Shown piece after piece: positions 57,960-64,000 of a DNA stretch of 64,000 nucleotides. Made by a program: the position numbers and the translations under genes. Location: contig CP067995.1 of the NCBI GenBank assembly GCA_045159875.1, forward strand, positions 192,001-256,000, given 5' to 3'. Each line of letters opens with the position of its first letter. Positions within the stretch are counted from its first letter, which is position 1. The notes under the pieces were generated by a model that had not been told where the DNA came from, ran no database searches, and worked only from the letters and a program-made list of their open reading frames with translations. This DNA is from a cyanobacterium endosymbiont of Rhopalodia gibba (lineage in GTDB: Bacteria; Cyanobacteriota; Cyanobacteriia; Cyanobacteriales; Microcystaceae).

Positions 57960-58049
57960 ACTCTTGAAAAGTCACTCTAAAAAGACAGCGAGAAAAGTTT
58001 TTAGTTTCAAAAATATGACTTCCTACCAAAAAATAATTAGAGGAAACAT

Positions 58050-58649
58050 TTGAGAATGAATGAAAAAGTAAGACTATTAGAAGTGATCGCCGGAAAAAAT
58101 CGAGGGTTATTAGCGACGGAAATGGATCGGGTAAGAGTTCTTTCGGCCTTAGAACAACTTGAAGATCATAATCCCATTCCTCAAACTTTAGAAGCAAAAG
58201 AATTACTCGATGGGAATTGGCGGTTACTCTATACCACAAGTAAGGAAATTTTAGGACTTGATCGCCTTCCCGTATTGCAATTAGGAGAAATTTATCAATG
58301 TCTTCGCATGGCTGACGGGAAACTTTACAATATTGCTGAAATTATTGGAGTACCTTTTTTAGAAGGATTAGTGAGTGTTATAGCTAGGCTTGAAGTCGTC
58401 TCTGACAGGCGAGTTAATATTAAATTTGAACGTTATATTATTGGTTCCCAAAGGTTATTAGGATATCGATCACCTAATCAGCTAATTAAAGATATTGAAG
58501 CAGGAAAAAAGTTTTTTTCTCTAGATTTTAATATCGAAAGTCAAGAACAACAGGGATGGTTAGAAATTACTTATTTGGATGATAATCTTCGAGTAGGAAG
58601 AGGAAATGAAGGAAATGTATTCGTTTTATCTAAAGAAAAGGGTATTTAA
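58050..58649 (+). CDS. PAP/fibrillin family protein
   Basis: LLEVIAGKNRGL, LDGNWRLLYTT, GWLEITYLD..LRVGRGNEGNVFVL; probable start ATG 58056. Confidence 0.9.
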   Translation: MRMNEKVRLLEVIAGKNRGLLATEMDRVRVLSALEQLEDHNPIPQTLEAKELLDGNWRLLYTTSKEILGLDRLPVLQLGEIYQCLRMADGKLYNIAEIIGVPFLEGLVSVIARLEVVSDRRVNIKFERYIIGSQRLLGYRSPNQLIKDIEAGKKFFSLDFNIESQEQQGWLEITYLDDNLRVGRGNEGNVFVLSKEKGI

Positions 58650-58999
58650 CTTATTTTAAAAAGGATTAAGCCAATATTATGTTTTTTTCTCTAGATTATT
58701 GATATTTTGACACTTATTGGGTAAGAAATACCGGTTATTCATAATAATAGTAGAGTAAATTACTAGTTAATAACTTTCAAAACTCTTTTGGACTAAACGT
58801 GATTCGATGGCTCCTATAACTGCTATCGCCAATTTATATATCTTCTTTATCTATCACACTAACTTTATCTTGTGTTCTTTGAGGAATTTTTTGAGCTTTA
58901 CTTAACCAAAATTTCTTTTCTAGTCCAATTCTTAGAAAGACCCTTAAACGAAGAGATGACACTAACTAATCTGGCTATACCTAACTGATGATATAAAAT

Positions 59000-59490
59000 T
59001 AACTAGCAAGCCAGGTCAAAAAACTTCGGAGTTAAAAATTGACGGAATTTCTAAATTGATAAGCTCTCGTTTCAATCAACTTCAATTTATTATTGATACC
59101 TTCTACTGTTACTTGCTGTTACTTGGTAAAAATAGGCGATAATTTCTTCCAATATAACATCCAGTCTAAGTGTTATATTGCTTTTTTACATCAATTAACT
59201 AATTTTAATAGTCTTTATATTCCATAAAATTTTTAAAAAATTGTTATGAGTTTCCCTTTTATTTAATTGGTGCGTTTTTGAGAGAACTGGTCAAGTTTAA
59301 CACACTTTATTTCTTTGTTTTTTATTCTTTACTTGAATATTCTCATTTTTTAAATAAAAAATGTTTACTATTATTTAACCCTGACAAGATTTTTTCTTTT
59401 TAATTAGTGCTTTCAAGCCCTACTTATTTAAGCTCACCTACTTCTCATCGAACATCTGTGTCCCTAAAACCGTTAACATTTTCATAGGTG
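59000..59490 (-). mobile_element. ISL3-family transposase remnant, copy 4
   Basis: KREKILSGLNNSK, EEIIAYF and VEGINNKLKLIETRAYQFRNSVNF*LRSFLTW. Confidence 0.82.
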
Positions 59491-59534
59491 CAGTATAAAA
59501 AATCCTTAAGATTGTTCTACAAGGAGAACTTAAA

Positions 59535-60602
59535 ATGATAATTTTCGATACCCAATCGATTTTAGAAGTCTTACGTCCAGTTCAGGACCCTGAACTTCAG
59601 AAAAGTTTAGTAGACTTAAATATGATTCGTAATGTAGTCATTGATGGCTCCCGAGTCAGTTTTACTTTAGTCTTGACTACTTCTGCTTGTCCTTTAAGAG
59701 AATTTATCGTTGAAGATTGTAAAAAAGCCGTTGAACAATTACCGGGAGTAAAAACTGTTGAAGTAGAAGTAACCTCCGAAACCCCTCAACAAAAAGTGTT
59801 ACCGAATCAACAATCTGTCGCTGGAACCAAAAATATTATCGCTATTTCGAGTGGTAAAGGAGGCGTGGGAAAAAGCACCGTTGCGGTAAATATAGCTGTT
59901 GCTTTAGCCCAAACAGGAGCCAAAGTCGGTTTACTCGATGCTGACATTTACGGTCCCAATGTTCCGATTATGTTAGGATTAGCCAGCACCGGATTCAAGG
60001 TAGAACAGGGGGACCACAGAGAAGTCCTAGAGCCTGCCTTTAATTATGGGGTCAAAATAGTGTCCATGGGCTTTTTAATTGACCCTGATCAACCTGTTAT
60101 CTGGCGTGGTCCAATGCTAAATAGCATTATCCGTCAATTTCTCTATCAATTCAATTGGGGAGCTTTAGATTATTTAGTGGTAGATATGCCCCCAGGAACT
60201 GGAGACGCTCAATTAACTCTCGCTCAAGCAGTTCCTATGGCAGGTGCTGTCATTGTTACCACTCCTCAAGCCGTATCTTTGTTAGATGCTCGTCGTGGGC
60301 TAAAAATGTTCCAACAATTAGGGGTTAATGTGTTGGGATTGGTGGAAAATATGAGCTATTTTATTCCCCCTGACTTACCTGATCGCACTTACGATCTATT
60401 TGGTTCGGGTGGGGGTGAAAAGGCTTCTAGAGAATTAAATGTTCCCTTACTCGGTTGTATTCCTCTCGAAATTGCCTTACGTGAAGGAGGAGATCAAGGA
60501 ATTCCGATTGTTATAGCTGCCCCTGAATCGGTTTCCGCTAAAGCATTAACCGCAATTGCCCAACAAATTGCTGCTAGGGTATCGGTAGCTGCTTTAACCT
60601 AA
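59535..60602 (+). CDS. mrp: Mrp/ApbC (NBP35-family) Fe-S cluster carrier ATPase
   Basis: N-terminal DPEL..LTTSACP domain, SGKGGVGKST, DADIYGP, WRGPM, DMPPGTGD. Confidence 0.95.
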   Translation: MIIFDTQSILEVLRPVQDPELQKSLVDLNMIRNVVIDGSRVSFTLVLTTSACPLREFIVEDCKKAVEQLPGVKTVEVEVTSETPQQKVLPNQQSVAGTKNIIAISSGKGGVGKSTVAVNIAVALAQTGAKVGLLDADIYGPNVPIMLGLASTGFKVEQGDHREVLEPAFNYGVKIVSMGFLIDPDQPVIWRGPMLNSIIRQFLYQFNWGALDYLVVDMPPGTGDAQLTLAQAVPMAGAVIVTTPQAVSLLDARRGLKMFQQLGVNVLGLVENMSYFIPPDLPDRTYDLFGSGGGEKASRELNVPLLGCIPLEIALREGGDQGIPIVIAAPESVSAKALTAIAQQIAARVSVAALT

Positions 60603-60637
60603 GTTAAAAAATTATTTCAAATGAGGAGTTGTCCTAA

Positions 60638-61891
60638 ATGATGCCTAGACTTGCTAAAAGACGACGTTTACCTTTGTGGTTATATAACCTAGCCCAAGTT
60701 GATTGGCTATTAATGTTTTTAATTGTGGGTTTAACCGGTCTAGGAGGGTTGATGATCCGCAGTACCGAACTTCTAGAAGGATCGGTAGATTGGTGGCAAC
60801 ATTGGGTTTTTGGGATAATAGGGTTAGTGATCACTTTGACGTTAGCTCGCTGGAGATATGAACCTCTTATACAGTTACATTGGGTGACCTACGCTATCAC
60901 CAATATTTCTCTCATTGCGGTGATTATCATTGGAGTAGCGGCTAACGGGGCGCAAAGTTGGATTAGCATTGGTAGCTTTAATATTCAACCTTCAGAATTT
61001 GCTAAAGTAGGTCTAATTATTACCTTAGGGGCTCTGTTACATGAAAGACAAGCCACAACAATCCCAGCCGTATTAAGAATTTTTGCGGTAACGGCAGTTC
61101 CTTGGGTGCTGATCATGTTACAGCCAGATTTAGGGACAGGGTTAGTTTTTACAGCAATTACCTTAGGAATGTTGTATTGGGCAAACATGCACCCAGGATG
61201 GCTCATTTTAATTCTATCTCCCCTAGTTTCTGCAATGTTGGTCAACGTATTGCCCCTGGGTTGGATTATCTGGACAGTGATCATGGGGTCAATTGCTTGG
61301 TTTACTTTACCCCTGCGTTTTGTTTTTGCCATGGGGGCGGTCGCTGTTAATATAGTAGCAGGGCAATTAAGTGGTGTGTTATGGAGATTACTCCAAGACT
61401 ACCAGAAGGATCGCTTAACTCTTTTTTTAGAGCCAGAAAAAAATCCCCTTGGTGGAGGTTATCAGTTAATTCAGTCCCGCATTGCTATTGGTTCGGGAGA
61501 ATTGTGGGGACGAGGACTGCATCAGGGAACTCAAACTCAACTAAATTTTATTCCTGAACAACATACGGATTTTATTTTTGCGGCAGTCGGAGAAGAGTTT
61601 GGTTTTATTGGCAGTATTTGTGTTTTATTTGCCTTTTGGTTAATTTGTTTTCGCTTAGTAATTATTGCCTGTCAGGCTAAAGAAAACTTCGGGTCTTTAT
61701 TAGCTGTTGGAATGTTATCAATGATCGCATTTCAGGTTGTTGTTAATATATGTATGACGGTCGGTTTAGCCCCTATTACAGGAATTCCTTTGCCCTGGTT
61801 AAGTTATGGTAGATCAGCATTACTAACTAATTTTATTGGTCTAGGTTTGGTGGAATCTGTTGCTAATTATCGTACCCAGAAAAGACTCTAG
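60638..61891 (+). CDS. rodA: Rod shape-determining SEDS protein RodA
   Basis: IQPSEFAK, QPDLGT, GYQLIQSRIAIGSG, PEQHTDFIF, PITGIPLPWLSYG. Confidence 0.93.
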   Translation: MMPRLAKRRRLPLWLYNLAQVDWLLMFLIVGLTGLGGLMIRSTELLEGSVDWWQHWVFGIIGLVITLTLARWRYEPLIQLHWVTYAITNISLIAVIIIGVAANGAQSWISIGSFNIQPSEFAKVGLIITLGALLHERQATTIPAVLRIFAVTAVPWVLIMLQPDLGTGLVFTAITLGMLYWANMHPGWLILILSPLVSAMLVNVLPLGWIIWTVIMGSIAWFTLPLRFVFAMGAVAVNIVAGQLSGVLWRLLQDYQKDRLTLFLEPEKNPLGGGYQLIQSRIAIGSGELWGRGLHQGTQTQLNFIPEQHTDFIFAAVGEEFGFIGSICVLFAFWLICFRLVIIACQAKENFGSLLAVGMLSMIAFQVVVNICMTVGLAPITGIPLPWLSYGRSALLTNFIGLGLVESVANYRTQKRL

Positions 61892-62041
61892 TTATCAACC
61901 AAAAGCTACTTGATATTTGATAATTTAGTTTAATATCTTTTGTTCAACGAAGAAAAAACAATTACAATAAACTTTCTTCATGTTTTTTCGCTCTAAGATG
62001 AAGAAGCAAAGAGTAAAAAACTTTTTAAAGTAGCTATTCAA

Positions 62042-62323
62042 CTACTTCCGCTCATAGGCTCCATGAACTTTAGCATAATAGTCTAAAATTTTTTGGATCT
62101 GGTGTTTTTCTGGGATATTAAGGGAACTAGGATACTGAACTAGTAAGGTTTCCACTTGACTTTGAGTATAATCAAACTGTTCTGACTGTTGAGGAATTAA
62201 CTCAGTGGTAACTCCCTCAACTTGTTGCAAATGAGCCGCTAATTCTCGATATACTGCTAGAGGTAAATTAGGATAGGTAATTTGCTCCTGTTGTTGTTTA
62301 ACTGTTGTTTGCTTCACGTCCAT
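62042..62323 (-). CDS. Conserved cyanobacterial hypothetical protein
   Basis: LPLAVYRELAAHLQQVEGV...FDY.QSQV...ILDYY, recalled as a conserved cyanobacterial family. Confidence 0.75.
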   Translation of the reverse strand: MDVKQTTVKQQQEQITYPNLPLAVYRELAAHLQQVEGVTTELIPQQSEQFDYTQSQVETLLVQYPSSLNIPEKHQIQKILDYYAKVHGAYERK

Positions 62324-62900
62324 TACTTCAATTCTACCTCATCATAAACTTAAAGGTAGTTTACCAGTTTGACATTAATGCTGACCCTCTTTACGACCTC
62401 ATGATTTAGAAAGTTACTCATTAAATTCTGTTTTATGAGCTGATTTTAAGATATAAGAGCTTTTTGAACGGATGATAAGATTACCTTTCATTACATATCT
62501 AAAGAAATGATAACTCCTATCTTTTGATCTTTCGACTTGCAATAGAAATTTTTTACTCGAATATGCGAATAGTCTACACCACCAAAAAATATCATTGGCT
62601 ACATTGCAAGTTTAAGATTCGTCCTTTCCCAAAATAAATAATGTCACCTATATTTAGACTTAATAACACTAAACTTTTGGACTAATCAAATTAGGAACTT
62701 TAGCATCTTTTTCTTTCATGGTTTCTTTAACAGAAAGTTCAACCGGACCTTAGGGTTTTTCCTGAAAAACCACAAAATGCCTAAGCTATTGTGCTCTAGG
62801 ATAACATGAGGCTCATCCCTATTGATATTAACAGCTTAAACTTTTATCTTCCGATTGGGAAAGTTAGAAGTAGCCTTTACGTGACGAGTAAAGCTTTCCC

Positions 62901-63028
62901 CTCATGAATAGGAATGATAGAGTTGCACCTGAAGTTTTGGGATGTTGAAGTGAATTAAGAGCTGAATACATTTGTGTAAACTTCCTTCCACGTGCATTTG
63001 TTGCAAATCTAAATAAAGGAATATTATC
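62901..63028 (-). pseudogene. Diverged partial duplicate of the aroH 3' half
   Basis: Aligns to 63071-63197 with about 15 mismatches and one indel in about 128 nt (manual count); frameshifted. Confidence 0.9.
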
Positions 63029-63440
63029 TCAATTTCATAAAATTCCAGTCGGGGCGAAGGTTACGAGCATCTCGTAAATAAGAATGATATATTTCTACTT
63101 GAGGCTTTGGGGTGTTGAAGTGAATTAAGAGCCGAATACATCTGTGTAAGCTTCCTTCCACGTGCATTTGTTGCAAATCTAATAAAGGAACATTATCCCA
63201 GTTCGGACGTTGACGGGCGATCGCCGCTGGAAAGATGGCATCAAGATCCTTGGTAGTGGTAAAGGTTGCACTAACTATGTCTTCGGGATCAAGTTGGTTG
63301 CGAATTTCGATCACCTCAAGTAATTCATTCACAGCATCCTTTATCGCTTCTTTGGTATTGTCTGATGCTGTGGTTGCTCCTCGAATGCCCCGCACTTTGC
63401 AATTCACAATCAAATCCCTCCGAAAACTTTTGCTTAACAT
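63024..63440 (-). CDS. aroH: AroH-type chorismate mutase
   Basis: VRGIRGAT, DLDAIFPA, QQMHVEGSL.RCIR, LRPD; true start probably GTG near 63407. Confidence 0.95.
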   Translation of the reverse strand: MLSKSFRRDLIVNCKVRGIRGATTASDNTKEAIKDAVNELLEVIEIRNQLDPEDIVSATFTTTKDLDAIFPAAIARQRPNWDNVPLLDLQQMHVEGSLHRCIRLLIHFNTPKPQVEIYHSYLRDARNLRPDWNFMKLR

Positions 63441-63446
63441 TAGAGT

Positions 63447-64000
63447 TTAGGGTCGATATAACCATAATGGTTGGCCATTGGTCACTAACTCAAATTTAAC
63501 CCAATCTATTGCTACTCCTAACCCAGATTTGCTTTTATTGCGAGATAAAATTCGGCTCCATAGAGGTTTAGGTTGTTCAATCGTATAACATTGGGCTTGA
63601 TCGGGATTGAGTCCCGCTAATTCAGCCGCCCAGCGACGGGCATCTTCTTCAGTTCCTAGGCGATCAACCACTCCTAATTCTAAGGCCTGTTGTCCAGTAA
63701 AAATACGTCCATCAGCAAAACTTTTAACTTTCTCTACATCTAAATTACGACCTTGAGCAACGGTATTGACAAATTGTTGATAACTCACATCAATCATTTC
63801 TTGAAGAATAGTCTGTTCTTCTGCAGTTAATTCCCGATCGAAAGAAAGAATGTCTTTATAAGGACCAGATTTAATTACCTTAAAGGAAATCCCAACTTTA
63901 TCGAGGAACCGTTCGAGGTTGTTTCCTCGCAAAATAACTCCAATACTCCCAGTGATAGTTCCTGGGTTAGCAACAATATACTCTGCTCCTACCCCGATAT
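63447..64000 (-). CDS. sppA: Signal peptide peptidase SppA (S49), 5' part outside the window
   Basis: ANPGTITGSIGV, KSGPYKD, ADGRIFTGQQALELGVVD; frame stays open to the window edge. Confidence 0.93.
   Translation of the reverse strand, partial: IGVGAEYIVANPGTITGSIGVILRGNNLERFLDKVGISFKVIKSGPYKDILSFDRELTAEEQTILQEMIDVSYQQFVNTVAQGRNLDVEKVKSFADGRIFTGQQALELGVVDRLGTEEDARRWAAELAGLNPDQAQCYTIEQPKPLWSRILSRNKSKSGLGVAIDWVKFELVTNGQPLWLYRP

Noticed and set aside
62330..62800. Possible DUF2808 pseudogene downstream of aroH
   Set aside because: Suggested mainly by recalled gene order; residual similarity too weak to support

Overview
This 64 kb window comes from a cyanobacterial genome in active reductive evolution. 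About 36 intact genes (roughly 54% of the window by my sum of CDS lengths) sit among very AT-rich spacers. Many spacers translate into broken genes (EamA, NUDIX, SDR, TPR, SpkB-like kinase, DUF1499, gmd, fcl, Uma2) or decayed IS fossils (ISL3, IS630, probably IS701). This pattern best fits an endosymbiont such as the N2-fixing spheroid body (diazoplast) of rhopalodiacean diatoms; that is an inference, as no nif or marker gene is in the window. Intact housekeeping genes include rbgA, recG, folK, phr, purD, cofH, lysS, recF, fumC, PBP1A, eno, tatA (missing from the ORF track), pcyA, mrp, rodA, aroH and a partial sppA. The most system-like element is an intact respiratory island at 19.6-28.1 kb: NDH-2 is divergent from two His-rich DUF2231-like membrane proteins, a CuA-less ARTO-type heme-copper oxidase, and an atypical GMC flavoprotein lacking the usual catalytic His/Asn pair. 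Other signals are a fossil CRISPR leader with one repeat, unrelated perfect palindromes that appear to have formed in place, skewed decay of HIP1 sites, a KTSC domain being shed from lysS, a partial aroH duplication, and a TM-coiled-coil-BRCT protein beside recF. I recognised no tRNA or rRNA genes. Pseudogene and IS boundaries are approximate and family assignments rest on recalled motifs, not database searches.
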